Shown here: positions 1 to 9,280 of the stretch, piece by piece | How positions within the stretch are numbered: position 1 is the first letter of the stretch | Layout: each line of letters opens with the position of its first letter | Assembly (NCBI GenBank): GCA_044221625.1 | Contig: JBGAOU010000016.1 | Location: forward strand, 12,709 to 76,708 | Source of the DNA: Pyrinomonadaceae bacterium | Lineage (GTDB): Bacteria; Acidobacteriota; Blastocatellia; Pyrinomonadales; Pyrinomonadaceae | Length of the DNA: 64,000 nucleotides | Reading direction: 5' to 3' | Made by a program: the position numbers and the translations under genes | The notes under the pieces: model-generated | The model's database searches: none | Told to the model about the DNA's origin: nothing | The model's input: only the letters and a program-made list of their open reading frames with translations

Positions 1-697
1 TGTCGCTGGAACCTGCATAGGCCTCGAAGACCAGCATTCCGGTGTCGAGTATTTCGTCCAGTCCGCGGGCACGCGTCGCGGCTTCACTGAGCATTGATCT
101 CGCCGTGTTGTATGCCGCCTCGGCGTGCGGTGCCATTTTTGTGAACAGCGACGCCGATTGATAGGCTTTCGCGAGTTCGCTCTCGATCCTGAGCCGCTCG
201 CCGCTCTTTGCCGAGGGCCCGGCGATGTACTCGGCAAGCGTTTTCTCGGCCTGTTCGAACCGGCGTTGCTTGGCGGCGATCACCGCGAGAATCGACCGTG
301 CGGTCTGGAGCTTGTCGGGCGGGGCGTCGGCCGAGGCGGCAAATCGGGTCAGCCATTCGTCCGTTCCGTCGAGATTGTCGGCGACCCAGTACAGCAGGCC
401 GGTGAAGTACAGGTCTTCGGTCGATGGCTGCGGGCGGGCCGCGGCGATCGCCGCATTTTTGGCCGCGAGCTGTTTTTGCTCCTTGCGGGTCTGCTCCTGC
501 AGCTGCTCGCTGTACGGCACTTTCCGGTCGGCGTACTCGATGAACTTTGACCGCGTATAGTTGTTCGTTTCGTCGAAGAGCTGCTTGACGCCGGCCGCGG
601 TAACGGTATCAGGCGTCGGCACCGCGAGCGGCCTTCCCGATTGTGCGTTTGCGGCGGCCGCAAATATTAGGACTAAGAAAAAGGTGAAGTTACGCAT
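1..697 (-). CDS. secreted hypothetical protein, partial (runs off left edge of window)
   Basis: Open minus-strand frame from ATG at 697 to position 1. It is absent from the ORF track because there is no stop in the window. The N-terminus MRNFTFFLVLIFAAAANAQ looks like a signal peptide; the rest is Ala/Leu/Glu-rich and helical. Confidence 0.55.
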   Translation of the reverse strand, partial: MRNFTFFLVLIFAAAANAQSGRPLAVPTPDTVTAAGVKQLFDETNNYTRSKFIEYADRKVPYSEQLQEQTRKEQKQLAAKNAAIAAARPQPSTEDLYFTGLLYWVADNLDGTDEWLTRFAASADAPPDKLQTARSILAVIAAKQRRFEQAEKTLAEYIAGPSAKSGERLRIESELAKAYQSASLFTKMAPHAEAAYNTARSMLSEAATRARGLDEILDTGMLVFEAYAGSSD

Positions 698-713
698 TTA
701 CAATGAACGGTCT

Positions 714-1832
714 TTAGCTGCTTCTAAAACGCTCGGGGCCGAACGCCTCGAGATAGGGCGAGCGGCGGCCGTCGACCACAAGGTCGGCCAATATCTCGGA
801 CGTCCGCGGTGCCAGGAGTATGCCGTTGCGATAATGGCCGGTCGCGATATAAAGTCCGTCGATGCCGCTCAATTGGCCCAGTATCGGCATCCGGTCGGTC
901 CCGGCGGGCCTGAGTCCCGCCCAATGTTCAATGACCGGGAGTCCGCCGAGTGCCGGTGCGATCTTCGACGCGGTTTCGATCAGTCCGGCCGCGGCCGCGG
1001 CGGTGACGCCCTTGTCAAAACCGACGTCCTCGGACGTTGCACCGATCAGGACGCGGCCGTCGGCCCGCGGCACCATGTAGCCGCCGGTGCTGTAGATCAC
1101 GCGTTCAAAAAACCTCTTGGCCGTACGAAACGCGATCATCTGGCCGCGAATAGGTTTGACCGCTACAGGAACCGGGAACGCTCCGATTTTGATGAGCGAC
1201 GTCCACGCTCCGGTTGCAAGTATCGTTTTGCCGGCCGACATCGCTCCGGCGGCGGTTTCGACACCGGTCACGACGCCGCTGCCGTTTTTGAGCGAGGTCA
1301 CGGCCGTGTTTTCGACGATGGTGATCCCTCGAAGTTCGGCATATCGCCGCAAGGCGGACAGCAGTTTGCGGTTCTCGACCTGCCAGTCATTCGGGAAAAG
1401 GGCACCGCCGATCACTTCGGGCGATACGAACGGTTCGGTCTTTCGGGCGTCAGGGCCGGTCAGCATCTGGGCGTCGAGTCCGGCATTTTGCTGCCAGCGA
1501 ACTCTTTCAGAGATCCGCGTGACATCGTCTTCATCAAATGCGAGGTAAAGGGTGCCTTTTTGGTCAAGTTCTATGTCAACACCGGTGTCTTCGAGGAGTG
1601 AAGCGGCAAGTGCGGGGTACATCGAGCGTGATTCGACGCAAAAACTCAACATATCGCCCGGTTCGTCAGTTTCGGCCTGTGCACCGAGCATTCCGGCGGC
1701 GGCCCATGACGACTGCTCGCCGCACCGGCCTTGTTCGACGACCGTAATGCCGCGAAGGCCGCGGAGGTCGAGTTCGCGGGCGATACTGAGGCCGATAATG
1801 CCGCCGCCGATGATCAATATTTCTGAATTCAT
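714..1832 (-). CDS. thiO: FAD-dependent glycine oxidase / D-amino-acid oxidase family (ThiO-like)
   Basis: ORF 714..2039 trimmed to ATG 1832. This places MNSEILIIGGGIIGLSIAREL (Rossmann GxGxxG) at the N-terminus. The C-terminal ATGHYRNGILLAP is typical of ThiO/DAO enzymes. The longer start would overlap the divergent gene at 1942. Confidence 0.75.
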   Translation of the reverse strand: MNSEILIIGGGIIGLSIARELDLRGLRGITVVEQGRCGEQSSWAAAGMLGAQAETDEPGDMLSFCVESRSMYPALAASLLEDTGVDIELDQKGTLYLAFDEDDVTRISERVRWQQNAGLDAQMLTGPDARKTEPFVSPEVIGGALFPNDWQVENRKLLSALRRYAELRGITIVENTAVTSLKNGSGVVTGVETAAGAMSAGKTILATGAWTSLIKIGAFPVPVAVKPIRGQMIAFRTAKRFFERVIYSTGGYMVPRADGRVLIGATSEDVGFDKGVTAAAAAGLIETASKIAPALGGLPVIEHWAGLRPAGTDRMPILGQLSGIDGLYIATGHYRNGILLAPRTSEILADLVVDGRRSPYLEAFGPERFRSS

Positions 1833-1941
1833 TAGAGTTTTAGCCTCTGACTTTGCTTGAATTATAGATGATGAACCGGATCCGCCGAAACCGTTGAATT
1901 TGTCCTGGTGCGTTATTTCGCTAAAATAGAGGATCGAAATT

Positions 1942-2961
1942 ATGAAACACACAATCACATTGATCCCCGGCGACGGCATCGGGCCCGAGATCACGGCGGC
2001 AACCGTCCGCGTGATCGAGGCAACGGGCGTTGATATCAACTGGGAAACTCAGATACTCGGTTCACAGGCCCTGGAAAAGTACGGCGAGACCCTGCCGTCG
2101 GCATCTATCGACTCGATGCGGTCGACCAAGGTCGCCCTCAAGGGTCCCATCATGACGCCGATCGGCAAGGGATTTACGTCTGTCAATGTCGGCCTGCGGC
2201 GGGCGTTGGACCTCTATGCGAACGTGCGGCCGGTCAAGGCCCTGCCAAATGTCGAATGCCGCTACCCGGAACTTGATCTTGTGATCGTTCGCGAAAATAC
2301 CGAAGGGCTATATTCCGGCCTGGAGCATGTGGTCGTGCCCGGCGTGGTCGAGAGTCTCAAGGTCATTACCGAAATGGCGTCGACCCGGATCGCCAGATAC
2401 GCCTTCGAGTTTGCCCGGAGCAATGGCCGGAAAAAGGTCACGGCCGTCCACAAGGCGAACATTATGAAGCTCTCGGACGGGCTTTTCCTCGAGTGTTTTA
2501 ACAACGTGGCCAAGGACTATCCCGATATCGAGGCCGACGACAAGATCATCGATAACTGCTGCATGCAGCTCGTGATGCGGCCCGAGCAGTTTGACGTGCT
2601 GGTAATGGAAAACCTCTACGGTGACATCCTTTCGGACCTTTGCGCCGGATTGATCGGCGGGCTCGGGCTTGCTCCGGGTGCGAATATTGGCGAACTCGGC
2701 GCCGTGTTCGAGGCGGTCCACGGATCGGCTCCCGACATCGCGGGCCAGGGCAACGCCAACCCGACCGCATTGATGCTGTCGGCGATACAGATGCTGCGTC
2801 ATATCGGCGAAAAGGAAGCCGCTCAAAAATTCGAGAGTGCCTTGTTGGCCACGTTCAGGGACGGTGTTAAGACGAGGGACCTCGGCGGCGAAGCCCGCAC
2901 GGCCGAGTTTGCCAACGCTATCATCGAACGCATCGGCACCGGAGCGACGGCAGCGGTCTGA
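1942..2961 (+). CDS. isocitrate/isopropylmalate dehydrogenase family protein (NAD-dependent IDH-like, 339 aa)
   Basis: Motifs TLIPGDGIGPE, NLYGDILSD and GSAPDIAG of the beta-decarboxylating dehydrogenase family. The size fits the NAD-IDH/homoisocitrate type. Confidence 0.85.
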   Translation: MKHTITLIPGDGIGPEITAATVRVIEATGVDINWETQILGSQALEKYGETLPSASIDSMRSTKVALKGPIMTPIGKGFTSVNVGLRRALDLYANVRPVKALPNVECRYPELDLVIVRENTEGLYSGLEHVVVPGVVESLKVITEMASTRIARYAFEFARSNGRKKVTAVHKANIMKLSDGLFLECFNNVAKDYPDIEADDKIIDNCCMQLVMRPEQFDVLVMENLYGDILSDLCAGLIGGLGLAPGANIGELGAVFEAVHGSAPDIAGQGNANPTALMLSAIQMLRHIGEKEAAQKFESALLATFRDGVKTRDLGGEARTAEFANAIIERIGTGATAAV

Positions 2962-3042
2962 CTTTCCCGTGCAACGGTTTGACCGGCCGTTCGTTCTAAC
3001 TGTGCGGGCGGTCGTCACGGCCGCCGCGCATGGGAGGTTGCT

Positions 3043-3438
3043 ATGAGACTATTTCTAACATTGGCTTTGCTGGCTGTCGTCATGGTGTCGTCGGCGTACT
3101 CATATACCCCTGAAACGGTTTCGGTAAAGGCCGGTAAGCAGGCGGTCGCGAAAAGGAGCAAGCTCAAGATCAAGTTTCTCGAAGTTGTCGAAGACTCTAG
3201 GTGCCCGGCCGGAGCCCAATGCGTGTGGGCCGGCAACGCAAAGATAAAGGTTGAGATCTCAGTACCGAAAGGCGAGAAAAAGACCTTTGAGATAAATACC
3301 GAAACGGGGCCGAAGGGCGATCAGATCGGCGGTTACGCGGTGACGCTCGATTCGTTGACACCGTACCCGAATGCCAGTAAACCGACCGACCCTAAGAAGT
3401 ACGCGGCCAAGTTCACCATTATCCGGCTTCAAAGGTGA
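3043..3438 (+). CDS. small secreted hypothetical protein
   Basis: Signal-peptide-like MRLFLTLALLAVVMVSSAYS and a Cys pair in EDSRCPAGAQCVWAG. No family recognised. Confidence 0.5.
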   Translation: MRLFLTLALLAVVMVSSAYSYTPETVSVKAGKQAVAKRSKLKIKFLEVVEDSRCPAGAQCVWAGNAKIKVEISVPKGEKKTFEINTETGPKGDQIGGYAVTLDSLTPYPNASKPTDPKKYAAKFTIIRLQR

Positions 3439-3445
3439 TCAGGTG

Positions 3446-3850
3446 TCACTTGGCGCTCAGGACCATCATTATTAACTGGAGAATGAAGTAGGGGACAAGC
3501 ACGGCGGCACCTGCATAGTCTTTCGCCAGCCGCTGGCCAAAAAACAATCCGGTGATCGTTGCGGCCCCGACAATTGACGCGTAAAAGATCACCAAATTAG
3601 AGCCGGTCAGAACGAAATAGACGATCCCTGCGGCACTCCCGAAGCCTGTTATCAGTTCGAGGGCCGTTATCTTTGCAAGCATTAGCGGAACCATTCCGCT
3701 CACAAAGGTCTTTGAAAAATGATCGGTCAACCAACTCAGGTTGCCCTTCCAGTCGAGCACCTTATCGAGGCCCGACTGGATGAACAAAATGGCCGTGAAC
3801 AAAGCGGCGAAGAGTACCGGAAGATCTTTTACGAACAGGTCGAACTGCAT
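3446..3850 (-). CDS. small 4-TM membrane protein (DoxX-like)
   Basis: 134 aa with four hydrophobic helices. Resemblance to the DoxX family is by composition and size only. Confidence 0.45.
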   Translation of the reverse strand: MQFDLFVKDLPVLFAALFTAILFIQSGLDKVLDWKGNLSWLTDHFSKTFVSGMVPLMLAKITALELITGFGSAAGIVYFVLTGSNLVIFYASIVGAATITGLFFGQRLAKDYAGAAVLVPYFILQLIMMVLSAK

Positions 3851-3868
3851 ATTGCAAAATCGTCGTTG

Positions 3869-5179
3869 CTACTTGCGGCCGGATTTCTGCATTATCGCCT
3901 CGATCTCGTCCGGATCCTTGGTCACGCCGGCAGTGAGATTCAGATTGCCATCCTTTGTTACGAGGACATCGTCCTCGATGCGGACGCCGATGCCGCGAAA
4001 CTTGGCCGGGGCGGACTTGTCGTCGGGCGGAATGTATAGGCCGGGCTCGACTGTCAGCACCATTCCCGGGGCATAGGGCTTCGACTGTTTTGCCTGCTGA
4101 TCGACATAATAGCGGCCGGCGTCATGAACGTCGAGGCCGAGCCAATGGCCGACGCCGTGCATGTAATACTTCATGTACGCCTTTTTCTTGATCAGGTCCT
4201 TGGTCTTGCCCTTGAGCAGTCCAAGCTTTTTCATTCCTTCGGTCAGAAGCTCGATCGAATATTCCTGACGCTGCAAATGCGTGTTTCCGGTCTTTGTAAA
4301 TTCGATGCACTGCAGTTGGACGTCGAGCACGACATCGTAAACCTCGCGTTGAGCCTTGGTAAACTTGCCGTTGATCGGAAATGTCCTTGTGATATCTGAA
4401 GCGTAGCCCTGATACTCGGCACCGGCATCGATCAGGATCAGATCACCGTCCTTGAGCGGCATATTATTCTCGACATAGTGCAGGATGGTCGCGTTATCGC
4501 CGCCGCCGATGATCGAGTTATACGCAACGCCGCTTGCGCCCTGATCACGCATATAAGCTTCGAGCAGCGATTCGACCTGGCCCTCGTTCATGCCGGGTTT
4601 AACCTTTTTCATCGCCAAAACGTGAGCTTCGGCGGCGATGTCAGCGGCACGCTGCATCAACTTGATCTCGTCAGCCGACTTGTAGAGCCGCATTTCGCCG
4701 GTGATGATTGTCGGATCGATGATTGTGTGCGGCGGATATGCTGTCTTCAGGCGGCGAACTCGCTGTTCGGCAAGATAGTCCAGAATGCGTGAATCGAGGT
4801 TGCGGTCAACCGAAAAACGATAGTAGAGAGTGTCTTTACCGTCGAGGAGTTTGCCCATATCGGCTCCGAAACGCTCGACCGAGAATGCCCGGTCCGCTCC
4901 GTAATTCTTGACGGCACCTTCGACGCCCTGACGACGGCCGTACCACGTTTCCATCATCGGATCACGCGGGCGAACGTAAAGTGTAAACGGCTTCTTCGAC
5001 GAAGGATCGATCACAGCGATCGCGTCCGGTTCGGGAAATCCGGTCAGGTACCAAAAGTCTGAGTCCTGGCGAAATTTGAATTCTGAGTCGTAACTGCGCG
5101 TTACCTCGTGGGCGGCCGGAATGATCGCGATCGAATTGGGTTCCATTGACTCGATGAACTTTTTGAGCTGTATTCGCAT
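3869..5179 (-). CDS. pepP: Xaa-Pro aminopeptidase (M24B)
   Basis: 436 aa. HGVGHWLGLDVHD, DAGAEYQGYASDITRTF and VLTVEPGLY are metal-ligand motifs of M24B aminopeptidase P. Confidence 0.9.
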   Translation of the reverse strand: MRIQLKKFIESMEPNSIAIIPAAHEVTRSYDSEFKFRQDSDFWYLTGFPEPDAIAVIDPSSKKPFTLYVRPRDPMMETWYGRRQGVEGAVKNYGADRAFSVERFGADMGKLLDGKDTLYYRFSVDRNLDSRILDYLAEQRVRRLKTAYPPHTIIDPTIITGEMRLYKSADEIKLMQRAADIAAEAHVLAMKKVKPGMNEGQVESLLEAYMRDQGASGVAYNSIIGGGDNATILHYVENNMPLKDGDLILIDAGAEYQGYASDITRTFPINGKFTKAQREVYDVVLDVQLQCIEFTKTGNTHLQRQEYSIELLTEGMKKLGLLKGKTKDLIKKKAYMKYYMHGVGHWLGLDVHDAGRYYVDQQAKQSKPYAPGMVLTVEPGLYIPPDDKSAPAKFRGIGVRIEDDVLVTKDGNLNLTAGVTKDPDEIEAIMQKSGRK

Positions 5180-5361
5180 AATTCTCCTCGTTTTGGAGAA
5201 TTGTAACCCAAAAGCCGAACATTGTCAGAAGTTCTGTCGTTTGCGGCCGATAAAATAAATAAATCGGCATGGATCAAAAATATGCATCCAAGGTTCGACC
5301 TTTGAAACAGATTTGTTGTTATAATCACCAAAATTTTGCTACCAACAAGGAGATGCCCCCA

Positions 5362-5958
5362 ATGAAAAGAACACTCTGGCTTACTATTCTTGTGCTTGCG
5401 GTTTCGACGATCGGCCTTGCCGATATTCCGCGGCCTGAACCGTCAAAAACCCCGAAGGCGAGACCGGCGATCGATTCGACGATGAACATCAGGATAAGCA
5501 GCGATGTCAGCGAAGCAAAGCTCGTCATCCCGAGATCGCAGATCAAACAGCTGCGTGCCGAACTCGAAAGGCTTGACGACGGTTCCGACGATACCGCCGT
5601 GGTGCCGCGAGCCAATGGAGTGACGAGGATTCAAACCGTTGTCAGCGGGACACTTCTGAGCCTGGCATTAGTCTTTGGCGGAATTTGGTTCGTCCGTTCT
5701 GGCAAGGCCGGATCAAAGGCCGGGCGTACATTGACGGTCATTGCTCTTGTCGCCGGCGTTGGTTCGGTCGCCTCTTACGTGTATGCCAACGCGGGCCCTC
5801 CGCCGGAGGTCAGGAGCATAACGGGCAAGATGTTTTCACAAACGCTGCAGACTTGGAAATGGGGCGGTGGAAAGATAAAGGTCGAGACCAAGACTGACGG
5901 TAATTCGATCGACCTTATCGTTCCCGAAGCACCAAAGGCTCCGAGCGGCGAAGAATGA
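5362..5958 (+). CDS. envelope protein, paralog 1 (signal peptide, ADIPRP motif, conserved double-TM hairpin)
   Basis: ORF 5269..5958 trimmed to ATG 5362, 9 nt after AAGGAG. MKRTLWLTILVLAVSTIGLADIPRP. It shares SLALVFGGIWFVRSGKA and the overall layout with the next gene. Confidence 0.6.
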   Translation: MKRTLWLTILVLAVSTIGLADIPRPEPSKTPKARPAIDSTMNIRISSDVSEAKLVIPRSQIKQLRAELERLDDGSDDTAVVPRANGVTRIQTVVSGTLLSLALVFGGIWFVRSGKAGSKAGRTLTVIALVAGVGSVASYVYANAGPPPEVRSITGKMFSQTLQTWKWGGGKIKVETKTDGNSIDLIVPEAPKAPSGEE

Positions 5959-6025
5959 TCTGACGAAAAGCAGTCTGACCGCAGATCCTGAATTAGAAAT
6001 CAAAAAAAGGAACTTGGAGAAAAAT

Positions 6026-6631
6026 ATGAAAAAAGTGTTAGTGTTGGCGGCTGTACTTTTGCTTGCCTCAGTCGCGATGTTTGCCGATATTGCCCGTCCC
6101 GGGACTAAGAAGCCCACGCCGGTACCTAAACCAGGGTCGAACACGGTTGCTAAGATGACGATCACCCTCGATGCAAACGTCAGCCAGCCCACACTTAACA
6201 TTCCCCGATCGAGCCTGAAATACCTTCGGGCCGCTATCGATGAATCCGGCGTCGATCAAGATAGTACGGCCGCCGTGACCGCTCCGTCGTATTCACGGAC
6301 TCAGACATTTGTCAGCGGTATGTTCCTCAGCCTGGCGATAGTGTTTGGCGGTATCTGGTTCGTTCGCTCGGGAAAAGCGGCGACGAAGCAGGGAAAAGCA
6401 CTGGTGATCGTTGCCGTGCTCGCCGGCATCGGCTCCGCCGCGACCTACGTTTATGGCGACATTGCATTGCCGCGGCGTGATGAGATAAACAGTCGGCTGT
6501 TCAATATGGACAAAGCGTCGGAAGGGTGCTGCACTGCCACGTCAGACTTTGTCCAGATCAGGGTGTCAAATGGCGACGGTGTCATCCTGCAGATCCCCAA
6601 AACGGATGGTAATGAAGAAAAGGCTCGCTAG
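6026..6631 (+). CDS. envelope protein, paralog 2
   Basis: ATG 6026 within ORF 6014..6631. MKKVLVLAAVLLLASVAMFADIARP and SLAIVFGGIWFVRSGKA. Collinear with 5362..5958. Confidence 0.6.
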   Translation: MKKVLVLAAVLLLASVAMFADIARPGTKKPTPVPKPGSNTVAKMTITLDANVSQPTLNIPRSSLKYLRAAIDESGVDQDSTAAVTAPSYSRTQTFVSGMFLSLAIVFGGIWFVRSGKAATKQGKALVIVAVLAGIGSAATYVYGDIALPRRDEINSRLFNMDKASEGCCTATSDFVQIRVSNGDGVILQIPKTDGNEEKAR

Positions 6632-6658
6632 ACCACTAGCAGCAGCCGTTAGCTGAAA

Positions 6659-7663
6659 ATGCAGGAAATTCGAACAACGCGCATCGCGGTTACGGACGCA
6701 CACTATTTTTTAGCGGCGTTCGTGGCTGCGTGCGCGTTGGCGGCGGTTTTAATCGGGAGTTTCCCCTTGCAGGCCTCGATCGTAACCATCTTCCTGTTTG
6801 CCGGAGTCCACAATTTTATGGAATTCCGGTATTTCGCCGCCCGTATGCCTTTGCGGTGGGGGCGGTCGAGACTTTACTACACGGTCGGGATCGGCGGCGT
6901 TCTGGTGTTAACGGCGGCGTACCTCCTGCTTTATTTCGGCGGCGGCAACTGGCTTTGGAATCTTGGCGATTGGCCGTCGTTGATCGCCGGTTGGAATACG
7001 GCCTTCATTCTGTGGGTCGGGTCGCTTTTCTACCTTCGCGGCCGTCAACGGCCAAAAATCGACTGGTCATGGGCGTTTCCTGTCGCGTTCCTGCTTTCGG
7101 CCCTGGCTTGGCTCGTGCCGCAATACTGGAGCCTCGCATTGGTCTATTTTCATCCGTTTGTCGCCATGTGGTTTTTAGAACGCCAGATACGGCGGACAAG
7201 GCCTGAGTGGCTTCGGGCTTATCACGCGTGCTTGGCGTCTATCCCGGTATTCGTTCTGGGACTATGGGCAGTATTTGCGTCAAGGCCTGCTCTGAGCGAA
7301 GAAACAACACTCTTTTGGCGAATCACGCAGCACGCGGGCAGCGAGATATTGCCGGGTGTTTCGAGCCATTTCCTTGTGGCGACCCATGTATTTCTTGAGT
7401 CGATCCATTATTCGGTTTGGATCGTACTGATTCCGCTGATAGATCGTCGTGCCATCCCGTGGAAATTGAAGGAAATACCTCTGTTTTCTCAAAAGGGCGG
7501 GTGGCCGAAACTCGTAGTTGGAGCATTTGCCGTAAGCTTGATGCTGGTCTTTGCTTTCTGGACAGGTTTTGCTGTCGATTATACGCTTACGCGCGACGTG
7601 TATTTTGCGTTTGCGATCGGGCACGTAATGGCAGAATTTCCGTTTTTGATCAAGATGTTATGA
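6659..7663 (+). CDS. polytopic membrane protein with repeated His-x3-Glu motifs in TM helices
   Basis: 334 aa with about 9 hydrophobic helices. Motifs VHNFMEF, FHPFVAMWFLE, THVFLESIHY and GHVMAEF. No family assigned with confidence. Confidence 0.55.
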   Translation: MQEIRTTRIAVTDAHYFLAAFVAACALAAVLIGSFPLQASIVTIFLFAGVHNFMEFRYFAARMPLRWGRSRLYYTVGIGGVLVLTAAYLLLYFGGGNWLWNLGDWPSLIAGWNTAFILWVGSLFYLRGRQRPKIDWSWAFPVAFLLSALAWLVPQYWSLALVYFHPFVAMWFLERQIRRTRPEWLRAYHACLASIPVFVLGLWAVFASRPALSEETTLFWRITQHAGSEILPGVSSHFLVATHVFLESIHYSVWIVLIPLIDRRAIPWKLKEIPLFSQKGGWPKLVVGAFAVSLMLVFAFWTGFAVDYTLTRDVYFAFAIGHVMAEFPFLIKML

Positions 7664-7706
7664 CGATCAATATTCGACGCTACGGAAAACCACTCAGTAT
7701 TTTGCG

Positions 7707-8141
7707 ATGTTTTTGTTTGACCTGATAAATGACCCACCGGTCCAAAATCTGCCGATGGCCGACCTTTGGCGATTTTTGCCGATCGGTTATTTCTTTACGA
7801 TCTTGATCGAAACGCCGGTCCTCCTTGTCGGTCTTTCACCCAAGGTCACCTTGAAACAAAAACTGCTTTGCGGCGTGTGGCTTACGGCATGCACCTATCC
7901 GATCGTCATCCTTGTCCTGCCGGCAGTCTTTTTTGGGTCTTCGCGATTCGTTTACCTTACGGTTGCTGAGATCTTTGCCCCGGTTGCCGAGTGTATTTTC
8001 TTTTGGCTGGCATTTCGCGGAAAGGGTGAACTCTCGCCGACGGATTGGGTTCGCTCGCTCGCGGCCATCGTCGCGGCCAATCTTGCTTCCTTCGGCTTTG
8101 GAGAGATAATGAATAGTAACGCTTGGTTTGGATTATTTTGA
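7707..8141 (+). CDS. small 4-TM membrane protein
   Basis: 144 aa, hydrophobic. Its stop lies 1 nt before the ATG of the next gene, suggesting an operon. Confidence 0.5.
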   Translation: MFLFDLINDPPVQNLPMADLWRFLPIGYFFTILIETPVLLVGLSPKVTLKQKLLCGVWLTACTYPIVILVLPAVFFGSSRFVYLTVAEIFAPVAECIFFWLAFRGKGELSPTDWVRSLAAIVAANLASFGFGEIMNSNAWFGLF

Positions 8142-8142
8142 T

Positions 8143-8634
8143 ATGCGAAAACTATTCACAACATCGCTGTTCATCATATTGCTTGCGGCGGCCGTGATCG
8201 GCCAGTCCAAGTTCACGACCTATGACAACGACCGATTCTACTTTTCGATCGAGTATCCGTCCGACGTTCTAAAAATGCAGGCTCCGCCGGCGAATAACGA
8301 CGGGCGGACGTTTCGTTCGAAAGACAAGGCGGTTGAAATGCGCGTTTGGGGCCAGTACAACGCACTCGACCGAACCTTGAGCGAGGAGTACAACGAGGCT
8401 CTTGCCGGCTATGGGCCGGGCGTGACATACAAGGTGCTCGGCGAAAGTAGTTTCGTGATCTCGGGCACGGCGGGCGGTAAGATCTATTACCAAAAGACGA
8501 TGCTACGGACCGGCGGTGTTGAGGTCTTTTATACATTTACGATCGAGTATCCCAAGGCTCAAAAGAGTAAATTCGACCGGGCCGTCACACGGATCGCCCG
8601 TTCATTCAAATTTGACCCCGATGCCGAACCCTGA
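8143..8634 (+). CDS. secreted hypothetical protein
   Basis: ORF 8128..8634 trimmed to ATG 8143. MRKLFTTSLFIILLAAAVIGQ is a signal peptide. Confidence 0.5.
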   Translation: MRKLFTTSLFIILLAAAVIGQSKFTTYDNDRFYFSIEYPSDVLKMQAPPANNDGRTFRSKDKAVEMRVWGQYNALDRTLSEEYNEALAGYGPGVTYKVLGESSFVISGTAGGKIYYQKTMLRTGGVEVFYTFTIEYPKAQKSKFDRAVTRIARSFKFDPDAEP

Positions 8635-9280
8635 CCGATCGCTCCGAATAACGGAAATATTTCTTTCGATACAGGGCGAATCGTCCCATGCCGGGCGGCC
8701 GTGCTCATTTGTGCGGCTGACGGGCTGCCCGATGCGTTGCGTCTGGTGCGACAGCGAATACACCTTTACGGGCGGAGAGCGGATGTCGTTTGATGAGATA
8801 TTCGAAAAGCTGGAGGAATTCGGCTGTGATCTCGTCGAAGTCACGGGCGGTGAACCGCTCGCACAAAAGTCGGTGTTCCCATTCATCACCGCGCTTTGCG
8901 ACCGCGGTTACGAGGTGCTGATCGAGACCGGCGGTTTTGTCTCGACTGAAGGCGTGGACCGGCGGGCCGCTGTTATTCTTGACGTGAAATGCCCCGCGTC
9001 GGGCGAAGCCGAAAGGAATCACTGGCCCAACCTCGACCGACTTCGGCGAGACATGGATGAGGTAAAATTCGTTGTCGCTGACCTCGCCGATTGGGAATTT
9101 GCAATGGCGATCATTGAGGTGCATGACCTCGTTTCTCGAACAAAAGAGGTCTTGATATCGCCGGTTCACGGCATTGATATGCGGCCGTTGGCCGAGGCGG
9201 TATCCCGGAGCGGATTACCGGTAAGGTTTAATTTGCAGCTTCATAAGTACATTTGGGGAGCGGACGTTCATGGTGTCTAG
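8621..9280 (+). CDS. queE: 7-carboxy-7-deazaguanine synthase (radical SAM)
   Basis: EIFLSIQGES and LTGCPMRCVWCDSEY radical-SAM cluster motif. ORF 8516..9280 trimmed to ATG 8621, leaving a 14-nt overlap with the upstream gene. Confidence 0.85.
   Translation: MPNPDRSLRITEIFLSIQGESSHAGRPCSFVRLTGCPMRCVWCDSEYTFTGGERMSFDEIFEKLEEFGCDLVEVTGGEPLAQKSVFPFITALCDRGYEVLIETGGFVSTEGVDRRAAVILDVKCPASGEAERNHWPNLDRLRRDMDEVKFVVADLADWEFAMAIIEVHDLVSRTKEVLISPVHGIDMRPLAEAVSRSGLPVRFNLQLHKYIWGADVHGV

Noticed and set aside
561-1601. 346-aa plus-strand ORF
   Set aside because: Antisense to the ThiO-like oxidase, which has a clear FAD Rossmann motif. No motifs of its own.
1833-2039. N-terminal 69-codon extension of the thiO ORF
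   Set aside because: It would overlap the divergent dehydrogenase start and would place the GxGxxG fold 70 residues into the protein. ATG 1832 puts it at the N-terminus as expected.
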